Below, one piece after another: positions 47,071 through 56,906 of a stretch of 64,000 nucleotides of DNA. The stretch lies in contig JBJFGS010000038.1 in the NCBI GenBank assembly GCA_051892935.1, positions 1 through 64,000 on the forward strand. The letters are read 5' to 3'. Numbering within the stretch: the first letter of the stretch is position 1; every line of letters starts with the position of its first letter. The notes beneath the pieces are model-generated. The model did no database searches. It saw nothing but the letters and a program-made list of their open reading frames with translations, and was not told where the DNA came from. The DNA is from Candidatus Coprovivens sp. (GTDB lineage Bacteria > Bacillota_I > Bacilli_A > RF39 > UBA660). The translations under genes were made by a program, and so were the position numbers.

Positions 47071-49923
47071 TTAAATATGTACACCTTTCTTAGCAGAAAG
47101 AGCATAACTTGAAAGTCGCTGTTCATTTTTTAATTTTATAGCAGAACGCACAACACCGGATAAATAAGTATAATTTAAAGAATCAAAAGAATGCTTTAAT
47201 ATTTGTATTGCACTCTCTAAATCATCCATATCAAAAAAGTATTTTTCACCAAAACAACTATCACTAAACCATCCTTGTTCTGTTAGTTCTCTGCAAGCCT
47301 TAATAACATTAGGAGAGACAGAGTAACTATTATTAGCATCCAACACTTTCATAGGAACTCTTGCATTTGCAGATGTTTTAATATGGAATTCAAAGTTAGA
47401 ATCAATACCTTTGCTCATTTTTGTTTCATTATAAGTGTCATAGAATTCTAAAATAGCATTATTCATCGAAGGTATTATAACATTAGGAAGATGTAACATA
47501 TGAACACTATGAGTAAATTCCAAATACTTATCTAACATATATAAAACTGCACAATTGGAATTACTATCATACCTAATATCTATAAGATAACCGTATTTTT
47601 CATAAAACTGACTAGCTTCTTCTTTAGTTACTCTTAAAGAATCACTATTATCATTGTTTTCCGTTCTCATCTTCTTCAAGTCTTCATAGAATTTTATAAT
47701 AATATTTTTAATAAATTCTTCTTTATAATCAAAATCATTTACACATTCGATTGCCAAATCAAAATATAATGAATAAAATTCAGAATCACTAACAAATTTA
47801 TCTAAAAAAGAATCAATAAATGAAGAATTAAAATCTCCATTTTTTACATTACCTAAATATTGTATCAAAGCACTTCTTTTATCAGTAACAGAAGAATCAC
47901 ATAATATAGTTCTTACTTTCTTAATAACAGAAGACAATTTACTTCCATACAACAGATTATTAGGAATCAAACAATTATCTTTTATATCAGATAAAAGCCT
48001 ATCTGTTACCTTCTTCAATTCATTAAATTTAAAAGTAAAATTTTTCGCAAACAGATTAGAATAATGATCAACTACTCTTAAATAATTATATATTGTATAA
48101 TCACTTACATCATGAGCCATATTATTTTCCAAATATGCAAAATATATTAAAGTATGTATTCTATCCCTTTTCCAATTGAAAACTTTGTTTTTATATAAAT
48201 CTTTCATTGCATAACTACCATCACTATTTGGAAGTGTATAATAATTATTTTTATAAAAATCATCAAGATTAATTCTAGAATGATATCGTAAAGCCATAAT
48301 ATCAAATAATTTAATAATATCTTTTTCACTCATACTATCTGAACTAAAATCAAAGTCTTCTAATTTAAAAGATAAACACGTTTCAATAGAACCATAAAAA
48401 CCATACTCTTTCATTTCTTCAAATCGATAAAAAGAATCACCAATTTCATCATTAATACCAGAATCCTCTATATTAAAATAATTAATTATCTGAGGATTTA
48501 TTTTTAATAAATCTATAAAAGATTCACAAAACCTATTATTACTTTTACGTAAGTTTTTTAAAATGAAATCATATATATCTTCAAAAGAACAATTTAAATC
48601 TTTTAAAGATTTAAAATAATTTTCACAAAGTAAAAAGTAAACAGCAAAATTATTACTATTAATATCAGGAAATGACATTAAAGAAGCATCGCCTTTATAA
48701 CAAAGAGAACCATAATCATTAATATAATAATCGGAAAATATTTCTTTTACTTTTAAAATGGCATCATCATAAGAAATCTTACCATCTATTTCATCTTTCT
48801 TTATTTGAGCAATAGCTTTCATAGTATTAAGAGTATAAATAGAGCCACCTCTACCAATTCTAAATAAACTATTACTATTCTTATCAAGATAATAATATAA
48901 ATAAAGTTTTGAACCTAATTCATCGGCAATAATATTAGATAAATCGCAAAAATCAGCAATCTTATAGGATAAAAAACCTGAAAAATCAATATAAGAATCT
49001 AAACTCATAACAATCTCATCAAACAATGATAGATTTTCATCCTTCATAAAATAATCAAAAATATTAAAATTTGATGAAAATAAATTTTTACTAATACTAT
49101 CCAATCTATTAAATATTTCTTTAAAAGAACCAAAAATAGATTTATAGGATCTTAATTTTTCAATTTTATGTTTCAAATCAGTATAAAATATCCCTATATT
49201 ATTTAAAGGTGCATATCGTTCTTTAAAAAAAGCAATATCTTCAGACAATTTAAAAGAATAAAAAGGAAAAGCGCCATCAACTAAAGGTATTTGACACATC
49301 TCACATATACTTAAATTATTAATAATACTTGGAATACGATTTAAAATCAACTTATCAAAACAGTAATTAGAAATATTATATCCAATATCGTAATGTGTTG
49401 GTAAAAGTGTATAAAATAATCTAGGGATATCACTATTATGAGCAATATCATTAATTATACTACTAAAATCATCAATGCTTCCATAAGCTTCATAAACATC
49501 TTCACTAGGAACAGAATCAACAATCAAAGAATGTTCTACTTCAAGTGTATCAAGAGAAACATGAGTAAGAGAAAAATCTCTATAAGAAAATAAATTATAT
49601 AAAAGTTTTACATCATCAATTATATTAATAGTACCATTAGTTCGTTTTTTTAAATCAATTAAATACTCAAAATTCTTATAAATACAATCAAAATTTCCTT
49701 CAAAAACAGCTTTAACAAAAAAAAATCTAAAATTTTTATCATAAAAATAGTTTTTTTTATCTAAATCCAATATCAGTCTTGAAAGATTATAATAATTAGA
49801 AAGAATAATATATAGATTTTCATTTTTCTTTTGAGAATAATCTGGTAATTCAAAATCTCTACTTACAATATTATACAAAGATTCTAAAAAACTATCATCA
49901 AATATATTTTGTATACTACCCAT
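47071..49923 (-). CDS. large hypothetical protein (950 aa)
   Basis: Uninterrupted ORF, GGTAGG RBS, TGTTATAAT promoter; no recognisable domain. Confidence 0.8.
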   Translation of the reverse strand: MGSIQNIFDDSFLESLYNIVSRDFELPDYSQKKNENLYIILSNYYNLSRLILDLDKKNYFYDKNFRFFFVKAVFEGNFDCIYKNFEYLIDLKKRTNGTINIIDDVKLLYNLFSYRDFSLTHVSLDTLEVEHSLIVDSVPSEDVYEAYGSIDDFSSIINDIAHNSDIPRLFYTLLPTHYDIGYNISNYCFDKLILNRIPSIINNLSICEMCQIPLVDGAFPFYSFKLSEDIAFFKERYAPLNNIGIFYTDLKHKIEKLRSYKSIFGSFKEIFNRLDSISKNLFSSNFNIFDYFMKDENLSLFDEIVMSLDSYIDFSGFLSYKIADFCDLSNIIADELGSKLYLYYYLDKNSNSLFRIGRGGSIYTLNTMKAIAQIKKDEIDGKISYDDAILKVKEIFSDYYINDYGSLCYKGDASLMSFPDINSNNFAVYFLLCENYFKSLKDLNCSFEDIYDFILKNLRKSNNRFCESFIDLLKINPQIINYFNIEDSGINDEIGDSFYRFEEMKEYGFYGSIETCLSFKLEDFDFSSDSMSEKDIIKLFDIMALRYHSRINLDDFYKNNYYTLPNSDGSYAMKDLYKNKVFNWKRDRIHTLIYFAYLENNMAHDVSDYTIYNYLRVVDHYSNLFAKNFTFKFNELKKVTDRLLSDIKDNCLIPNNLLYGSKLSSVIKKVRTILCDSSVTDKRSALIQYLGNVKNGDFNSSFIDSFLDKFVSDSEFYSLYFDLAIECVNDFDYKEEFIKNIIIKFYEDLKKMRTENNDNSDSLRVTKEEASQFYEKYGYLIDIRYDSNSNCAVLYMLDKYLEFTHSVHMLHLPNVIIPSMNNAILEFYDTYNETKMSKGIDSNFEFHIKTSANARVPMKVLDANNSYSVSPNVIKACRELTEQGWFSDSCFGEKYFFDMDDLESAIQILKHSFDSLNYTYLSGVVRSAIKLKNEQRLSSYALSAKKGVHI

Positions 49924-49980
49924 ATCCTACCACTATCCTACATTTATTATAACAAAAAAAAGAAATGTTTTAAACATTTC

Positions 49981-50580
49981 TTATATATTAGGTGCTTTAG
50001 GTTTAAAGTATAATTGGATTCCTTCATCTTCAGGAATTGAATAAACAAGTCCCATTAATTTTTTCTCATTAAGTTCTTTCTTCAACTCTTCTTTTCTTCC
50101 TTTATTTCCAAATATTTTCTTTAATTCTTTAGCAAATTTAATTGGACTATTATATAAAGCAATAGCACAAACATAAACAAAAGCAGTTAAATAATCATCA
50201 GTAGATATTTCAAAAGTCATTAAACCCAACCAAAACATTGTAAGATAAACTAAACACTTACGATTTCTAAAAAAAACTTCAAACAATTTTTTAAAAAATA
50301 ATTTAAATTTACTCATTTTTAATATTTCAGCTTCTGATAAATCTCTTATTTCCATAACTTTTTGATATGTTTTTATACTATCATCTGGAGACTTCATCTT
50401 AACTTGTTTATCAGTTATAACACTATAATTGTCATCGATATCCAATTCTCCACTAAAACTTAAACCTGTTTCCTCGATAGGCAACATCATAGTTAAAATT
50501 TCAAATTCAAAAACTGAATCACAATAAAAGTTTCTATTTTCACTTTCTTCTTCAAGTCCAAATTCAACATCTTCAGCCAT
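49981..50580 (-). CDS. hypothetical protein with 2 TM helices
   Basis: AGGGGAG RBS; hydrophobic hairpin. Confidence 0.7.
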   Translation of the reverse strand: MAEDVEFGLEEESENRNFYCDSVFEFEILTMMLPIEETGLSFSGELDIDDNYSVITDKQVKMKSPDDSIKTYQKVMEIRDLSEAEILKMSKFKLFFKKLFEVFFRNRKCLVYLTMFWLGLMTFEISTDDYLTAFVYVCAIALYNSPIKFAKELKKIFGNKGRKEELKKELNEKKLMGLVYSIPEDEGIQLYFKPKAPNI

Positions 50581-50739
50581 AATAAAACTCCCCTTTTTTC
50601 GTAGTGTTATTATATAAAAAACTTTTAAAAAAAGCAAATTCTCTATAACAACTTTAATTCTTTGCTAAATCTTGTCTCTATTAACATATTTATTATTTCA
50701 TCTTCTAAAATACATTATATACAAAACAAAAAAATACCA

Positions 50740-51054
50740 CTATTGTGATATCTTACCCAATACCGGACCATCACCAATTGAAGCTTGTTCTTTCATCACT
50801 TCTTGATAGCAATTCATTCCATAATGATTTAATTCATCTAACTTTTCATAATCAGTAATAACACGTAAAATTCCTTCTAGCCCAGTAGTAATACCATATA
50901 AAGCTTTAAATTCCGCAACATTAATATACTTTGCCATACAATTATTTAAATAATAATTCAAAGAAATTCTTCTGCCTTCAGTTAAATCACAATATCTTTC
51001 AAACATCATCATAACATAATCATATAAATTCATTTGATCTATTAGTTCTTCCAT
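50740..51054 (-). CDS. hypothetical protein
   Basis: AAGGGGG RBS and own promoter. Confidence 0.7.
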   Translation of the reverse strand: MEELIDQMNLYDYVMMMFERYCDLTEGRRISLNYYLNNCMAKYINVAEFKALYGITTGLEGILRVITDYEKLDELNHYGMNCYQEVMKEQASIGDGPVLGKISQ

Positions 51055-51088
51055 TTATTTCTTCCCCCTTAATAAAGACAGGAATTTC

Positions 51089-51117
51089 ATTGTACAATTT
51101 TTAATATTTAAAGTCAA
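51089..51117 (-). promoter_or_regulatory. sigmaA promoter
   Basis: TTGACT-17-TACAAT. Confidence 0.75.
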
Positions 51118-52138
51118 GTATATCTTTTTTACATTTCTTAATCACTTTATTAAAGTTATCTATTAATACTTTTAAGATTGCAAGTACTGGAGTTGCAAAA
51201 ATCATTCCAAAAATACCAAACAATCTTCCAAACACTAATAATCCTACTATAACAATTACTGGACTTATCTTAATACTCTTACTCATTATAATAGGTTGCA
51301 AAACATAATTTTCAACACATTGAACAGCTACACAAGATATTATAGTTAAAATACCTAAAAACTTACTTTCAGTTAAACCAACTAATACAGCTGTAATCCC
51401 ACCTATATAAGGACCAATATAAGGAATTAAATCTGTAACACCACATATCATTCCTAGTAAAAAAGGCGAATCAATACCAATAATCAAAAATGATATACTA
51501 TCTAATAAAAAAACAAAGCTTGCAATTAATATAGTACCATTAACACATCTTCTAACATTATCACTAACTTCTCTTGATAAATTAATAAAAACACACTTAT
51601 ATTTCATAGGAATTATTCTGTACACATAACATATTATTTTTTCATAATCCATACTAATATAAAGTCCTAATATCAAACCCATTACAATAACACCAACATA
51701 CTTAAATACACTACCAACAAAAGTAATTAATAAATTAGGAACCTTATTAACAATAAAAGAAATACCTTTATCTAAAAACTCTCTAAATCCCAATACTTCA
51801 ACTTTTTCTTCAATAGTATTAAAAAATTTAGGTAACATTTCAATAATTTCAAATACTTCTTTATACAATAAAGGAACAACAAAATAAACAAACAATCCAA
51901 ATAAAACAACAATTATCAAAAATAATAATACACAAATAATATTTCTGTTAATTTTCTTACTAAATTTATTAACTAATGGATTAATCATCCAAGCATATAT
52001 GAATCCTATAAATAAAGGAATAAATACATTAAAAATAATAACTACATACTTAAAAATATTTAGATATTTAAATAAAAATACTATTAAAATAGACGAAATA
52101 AGTATTAACACTAATTCTTTCAATTTATCTATTCTCAT
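51101..52138 (-). CDS. AI-2E family transporter (YrrI-like)
   Basis: P.FIG...A..INPLV, DLIPYIGPYIG, Q.VENYVLQP.I.SK. Confidence 0.93.
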   Translation of the reverse strand: MRIDKLKELVLILISSILIVFLFKYLNIFKYVVIIFNVFIPLFIGFIYAWMINPLVNKFSKKINRNIICVLLFLIIVVLFGLFVYFVVPLLYKEVFEIIEMLPKFFNTIEEKVEVLGFREFLDKGISFIVNKVPNLLITFVGSVFKYVGVIVMGLILGLYISMDYEKIICYVYRIIPMKYKCVFINLSREVSDNVRRCVNGTILIASFVFLLDSISFLIIGIDSPFLLGMICGVTDLIPYIGPYIGGITAVLVGLTESKFLGILTIISCVAVQCVENYVLQPIIMSKSIKISPVIVIVGLLVFGRLFGIFGMIFATPVLAILKVLIDNFNKVIKKCKKDILDFKY

Positions 52139-52151
52139 ATATCACCTATAT

Positions 52152-52174
52152 AAAAAAGGACCAAATAAGGTCCT
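52152..52174 (-). terminator. intrinsic terminator after small ORF
   Basis: AGGACC-TTATTT-GGTCCT-TTTTT. Confidence 0.8.
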
Positions 52175-52310
52175 ACATTTCTTCAATAATACAATATGTA
52201 TCATTTTTCATTTTATTCTTAATACAACTAACTACAATACCAAGAGCCATTGACATAACAGAAGCCGATACTAGTATCATCATCTCTTTTTTACTTATTT
52301 TTTTCATCAT
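52173..52310 (-). CDS. 45-aa single-TM protein, positional analog of Bacillus YrzQ (not in ORF track)
   Basis: AGAGGTG RBS; MMKKISKKEMMILVSASVMSMALGIVVSCIKNKMKNDTYCIIEEM; own terminator. Confidence 0.75.
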   Translation of the reverse strand: MMKKISKKEMMILVSASVMSMALGIVVSCIKNKMKNDTYCIIEEM

Positions 52311-52326
52311 AATCACCTCTATTAGG

Positions 52327-52356
52327 TATTATGCATCATTTTCTACAAATTTATTC
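52327..52356 (-). promoter_or_regulatory. sigmaG-type forespore promoter
   Basis: GAATA-18-CATAATA matches GHATR-N17/18-CATWHTA. Confidence 0.6.
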
Positions 52357-54533
52357 AGTATTTGTTCTCTTAAATTAGTCTTTCTATTATTAGAATAATC
52401 ATTATTAACAGCCATAACAAAGCTTTCTTCTTCCCCAATAATTATTAAACTCTTTTTAGCTCTAGAAACTCCTGTATAAATAAGTTTATTATAAAGCATC
52501 TTATAATAAGCTTTACTAATAGGCATTATTACATGAGCAAACTCAGATCCCTGACTCTTATGTATCGTAATAGCATAAGCATGCTTAATATTAATTAAAT
52601 CTTCTCTAGTATATTGAACTTCATTACCATCAAAATCAATCGTAAAAACATCCTTATTCTTACTTCCTATCATAGTTCCTATACTACTAATATAGCCTAT
52701 GTCACCATTAAATATATTATTATCAGGATCATTTACTAATTGTAAAACTTTATCTCCAACTCTATAAGTTAAATCACCAACCTTAGTTTCCTTTTTATCA
52801 GGATGTTTAGGATTAAATATTTCTTGTAATAAAATATTTAAATTATCAATACCATTTTCTCCTTTATACATCGGAGCTAATACTTGAATATCTTCTTCAG
52901 TAAGACCTTTTTCCTTACTCATTACACATATTCTTCTAATCATTTCTTTAATAGTCAAACCACTTGCATGTAAAAAATTATAATCATCAGTTTGTTTCAT
53001 AAACTCATTACTTAAATTATGTTCTTTAATCTCCTTAGCAAGTATTGGTATATATGAATTATCACTTTGACGATAAATCTGTTCTAAAGTAGTATGTGTA
53101 AACATATCAGAATCAATCAAATCATTTAATATTAAACCAGGTCCCACACTAGGCAATTGATTACTATCTCCAACCAAAACTAATGTAATATTATGACCTA
53201 TACCTTGTAATAAAGATGCAAATAAATAAGTATCAATCATACTAGTTTCATCTACAATAATAAGTTTATGATAATTCTTATTATATTCATTTATTTGAAA
53301 TTCATTTTTCTCTTTATTCCATTTTAAATATCTATGAATAGTCATTGCTGGCAATCCAGTAGAATCACTCATCTTTTTAGCAGCCCTACCAGTCGGTGCA
53401 AGTAACGCAATATCATTAATAATTTCCTTATAATTTAAATTATGAATTCTAACATACAGCTTAACTATACTATTTATAATAGTTGTTTTCCCAGTCCCAG
53501 GTCCACCTGTAATAATACTTATTCTGTTAGTTAAAGCATTTTTAATAGCTTTCTTTTGATCGGCATTATATCGAACATCATACTCTAGTTGAACTGCCGC
53601 AATTAAATCATCAAAATTATTAACTCTTGTTTTACTATGCCTACTAATCATTTCCAAATTATCAGCAATAATTTCCTCATAATCATAATAATCTTTTAAA
53701 AAATATTTCTTTTTTTTGACAACAATATCTTTATTCTTCTTTAACTTATCTAGATATTCATCAAACTCATCTTCTTCTATAAATATCTTAAATTCATTTC
53801 TAATAGTACTAAATATTTCTTCTTTATCTAAATATGTATCTCCATTTTTAAATCCAACTCTTTTAAACGTTTCAATTATACAAGCAAGTACCCTTTCTTC
53901 ACATTCTGCATCTTTCATACTTAAAAATACTTTATCTAATTTAGTAAAATCTATAATATCTATAAGTTTATATATATCATTTTTTACAATTTCTAAACTA
54001 CTTTCTCCCCATTTATTTAAAATAGCTAAAGCTTCATTAATTGTAAAACTCAACTTCTTAAGTTCGACTATTATTTGATCAGTACTTTGATATTTAACAA
54101 TCGAATTATATATTCTTTTAGCTTTAACTTCACTTATTCCAGGTACTAACATCAAATTTTCATAATTATCTTTTATTAAAGTTAAAGCATCTTCGCCTAA
54201 CGTTTCAACTATAGCAATAGCTGTTTTCTCTCCACATCCTTTTACTAAAGAACTAGATAAAAAATCTATTATAGCATCTTTTCCTTTAGGTTCTTCTCTT
54301 TCATAACTAGATACTTGAAATTGACTACCATATCTTTCATTATATACATATTTACCAATCAACTTATAATAATCTTCGTTATTTAAATCAGCAAAATATC
54401 CCGTAAAAGTAATCGTTTTATTAATATACTCCTCCATTTCGGAAGAAGCCTCTTTAACTCTAAATAGCCCTACTTTATATCCATTATCTGATTCAAAAAT
54501 CATTTGTTTAAATTTTCCTCTAATGTAATCCAT
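52329..54533 (-). CDS. recD2: ATP-dependent RecD2-like DNA helicase
   Basis: YGSQF, HhH, TGGPGTGKTT, APTGRAAK, VDETSM, GD..QLPSVG, YAITIHKSQGSE. Confidence 0.97.
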   Translation of the reverse strand: MDYIRGKFKQMIFESDNGYKVGLFRVKEASSEMEEYINKTITFTGYFADLNNEDYYKLIGKYVYNERYGSQFQVSSYEREEPKGKDAIIDFLSSSLVKGCGEKTAIAIVETLGEDALTLIKDNYENLMLVPGISEVKAKRIYNSIVKYQSTDQIIVELKKLSFTINEALAILNKWGESSLEIVKNDIYKLIDIIDFTKLDKVFLSMKDAECEERVLACIIETFKRVGFKNGDTYLDKEEIFSTIRNEFKIFIEEDEFDEYLDKLKKNKDIVVKKKKYFLKDYYDYEEIIADNLEMISRHSKTRVNNFDDLIAAVQLEYDVRYNADQKKAIKNALTNRISIITGGPGTGKTTIINSIVKLYVRIHNLNYKEIINDIALLAPTGRAAKKMSDSTGLPAMTIHRYLKWNKEKNEFQINEYNKNYHKLIIVDETSMIDTYLFASLLQGIGHNITLVLVGDSNQLPSVGPGLILNDLIDSDMFTHTTLEQIYRQSDNSYIPILAKEIKEHNLSNEFMKQTDDYNFLHASGLTIKEMIRRICVMSKEKGLTEEDIQVLAPMYKGENGIDNLNILLQEIFNPKHPDKKETKVGDLTYRVGDKVLQLVNDPDNNIFNGDIGYISSIGTMIGSKNKDVFTIDFDGNEVQYTREDLINIKHAYAITIHKSQGSEFAHVIMPISKAYYKMLYNKLIYTGVSRAKKSLIIIGEEESFVMAVNNDYSNNRKTNLREQILNKFVENDA

Positions 54534-54570
54534 GTAAGTATCACCTTATTAAATTTTATCACGTAGAAAC

Positions 54571-54598
54571 AAAAAAAGCGAATATATTTTCGCTTTTT
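54571..54598. terminator. intrinsic terminator
   Basis: AAAAAGCGAA-TATATT-TTCGCTTTT. Confidence 0.75.
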
Positions 54599-54609
54599 AC
54601 AAAAATGAC

Positions 54610-54843
54610 TTACAACTTATCATGATGTTTTTGATTAAATAACAACAAAGCCTTATCAAATTCATTATCACTATCTAGTCCAATTAAAAGTTCTGAATTA
54701 ATTTTATTATTAACTTTTCTAATACAAAAATCTTCTTCATCAGAAACATTAGTTAAATAAACATATGTATTATAATCACAATCAATTTCATCTAATACCA
54801 TATATTCTAAACCATCTTCTAATGTAATACACTTCATTTCCAT
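54610..54843 (-). CDS. DUF1292-like small acidic protein
   Basis: ITLEDG.EY.V.D.I....YVYL..D..DF.IRK..LD...EF..AL..F. Confidence 0.7.
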   Translation of the reverse strand: MEMKCITLEDGLEYMVLDEIDCDYNTYVYLTNVSDEEDFCIRKVNNKINSELLIGLDSDNEFDKALLLFNQKHHDKL

Positions 54844-54852
54844 AAAATCACC

Positions 54853-55752
54853 CTATATTCCACCTATAGATTTATCCTCTCTAAATTCATTAACATTATT
54901 TAAAGATTCCATATATTCTTCCATAATTGAACAAAATTTGCCAGAATCAATGACTAATTTCCCATCTTTCTCTTTACAAGCACCTTTAGAATTACAATAA
55001 TCTAAAAAAGAAGCAAAATCAGTAATTCCCCTAATATTAAATTGTCTAAACAAAGACTCCATACAATCTATTCTACTTTCTTGATTCCATCCAACATTTT
55101 TATAAGTTCCATAAACAAAAGAATCAAAGTCCATAGTATCTTCATCATATAATCTGGCAATATCTCCATAATCATACCAATAACCACTATTATCATTGGT
55201 TCTATGAGTCTCAGAACTAACGGCTTTATAACCAGCACTAAAAGAATCATTAATATATTCAGGATTTAAAATACTATGCATCGATGACATACTAGCAGCA
55301 AGAACAACAATAAAAGCTCCAACTGCAACTACTTCTTTAAAATTCTTTTTTACAGCATTAAGAAGCTCTTTCATACCTTTCTTAAAAGGTTGTTCTCTCT
55401 TACGAGCCTCCTCCAATGATCTATTAACACTTTTAGCTCGTGCCCTTTCAGCCCTTTTTTTAGCAAGCATATTACGAACTTCCATAATATTATCTTCGTA
55501 TACCAAAAAATCAGAGCATTTTCCATTACTTTTCCAACGAATCTCACCAAGTAATATATTATTTGGACCTAAAAAAACATATCCAGCATCATAATTTGGA
55601 TTAACTATTGGATTAAATTCTATACATGAAATATATTTAGTACTACAAGTACACTGACGAGCCAAAATATTTACTATATCTTGGTAGTTTTTACTACTCC
55701 ACATATTCATTTGTTTAACTATAATATCAGAAATATATGTAGTATTACTCAT
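54853..55752 (-). CDS. single-TM hypothetical protein
   Basis: N-terminal domain, basic linker, TM, C-terminal domain; TTGACT-17-TATATT promoter. Confidence 0.75.
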   Translation of the reverse strand: MSNTTYISDIIVKQMNMWSSKNYQDIVNILARQCTCSTKYISCIEFNPIVNPNYDAGYVFLGPNNILLGEIRWKSNGKCSDFLVYEDNIMEVRNMLAKKRAERARAKSVNRSLEEARKREQPFKKGMKELLNAVKKNFKEVVAVGAFIVVLAASMSSMHSILNPEYINDSFSAGYKAVSSETHRTNDNSGYWYDYGDIARLYDEDTMDFDSFVYGTYKNVGWNQESRIDCMESLFRQFNIRGITDFASFLDYCNSKGACKEKDGKLVIDSGKFCSIMEEYMESLNNVNEFREDKSIGGI

Positions 55753-55824
55753 TATTACCACTCCCTATTATAAATATACTACAATAAAATAAGATAGTCA
55801 AAAAAATAAGTGAATATAATTCAC

Positions 55825-56823
55825 TTATTTCCCTTTTACATTTTCATTAATAAAATCATCTAAATGTTCTTCACTAACATATGTTTCTCCATTAATAATT
55901 CTAGCATCCAATGGCAAATTACTAATAGAATAATCATTACCAGGAACATCAACAGCCTTAACATAAACAGTATATTTAATATCTCCACCCGGTAATAATA
56001 TATTACCATTATTATCGTAAGATTCACCAAATAAACCGCTAGAAACTACTCTATTACCATTTTGATCATATACAACAGCATCAGCATATGGAGAATCATC
56101 AAATGTCGTAAATCTAAAATAACTATCTTCTAAAGCTTCATCAAATAAATAACAATCATTTCTAAACTCATTATGATAAGTATCTTTCAAATTACCATTT
56201 ACTGAAGATGGTAATCCAGACTCAACTTGATCAATATATCCATAATACTGAATCATAGCATCATTATAAAAATTATTTTTTAAATAATTAGCCGAATCCA
56301 AAATAGAATCATGATTAGCAATAGATGCTTCTTTCATAACTCGACCAATTGCATATCTAGCCCAAGAAGATAATACTAAATCATTAGCACTAACTATTGT
56401 ATTAGCATGTTCATTAACATATGATGTTGAAGAATCAACTGCTGAAGTTTTAATAACAAATGTTGATGCTAAAGCAAGTAATAAAGACCCACCAACAACA
56501 AAAGCACAAACTCTCCTTTTTTGTAGTTTAAACTTTTTACGACGTGGTGCTCTGTTCTTTTCTTCTTGTTCTCTTTTTAAAATGCTTTCTTTAGCTCCTT
56601 CATGATAATTAAAATTTCTATATTTACCTTGTTGATGCATAAAAGTTAAATCACCAATAGAAATACCATATTTTCCCTTAAATATATATCCATGTTCATT
56701 TTCTTCAATACGAATAACTTCAATTCCCATTGCTCTTTTTATATTTTCAGAAATTCTATTTAAAGATTCAGAAGTTAATTTATAACGATTAGTATAAACA
56801 AAATTTATATCACTATCACTCAT
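55825..56823 (-). CDS. single-TM hypothetical protein
   Basis: Same architecture as the neighbour. Confidence 0.75.
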   Translation of the reverse strand: MSDSDINFVYTNRYKLTSESLNRISENIKRAMGIEVIRIEENEHGYIFKGKYGISIGDLTFMHQQGKYRNFNYHEGAKESILKREQEEKNRAPRRKKFKLQKRRVCAFVVGGSLLLALASTFVIKTSAVDSSTSYVNEHANTIVSANDLVLSSWARYAIGRVMKEASIANHDSILDSANYLKNNFYNDAMIQYYGYIDQVESGLPSSVNGNLKDTYHNEFRNDCYLFDEALEDSYFRFTTFDDSPYADAVVYDQNGNRVVSSGLFGESYDNNGNILLPGGDIKYTVYVKAVDVPGNDYSISNLPLDARIINGETYVSEEHLDDFINENVKGK

Positions 56824-56906
56824 AATTATCACCATTACAGTAATAAAACTGTCCTTACTATAAAATTATATAATAAAAAATATCTATTTTCAACAAAAGA
56901 AGAAAA

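Noticed and set aside
50625-50740. 14-codon ORF (MLIETRFSKELKLL) with weak hairpin as a possible leader peptide
   Set aside because: No clear RBS and a poor stem; expected by chance in AT-rich DNA
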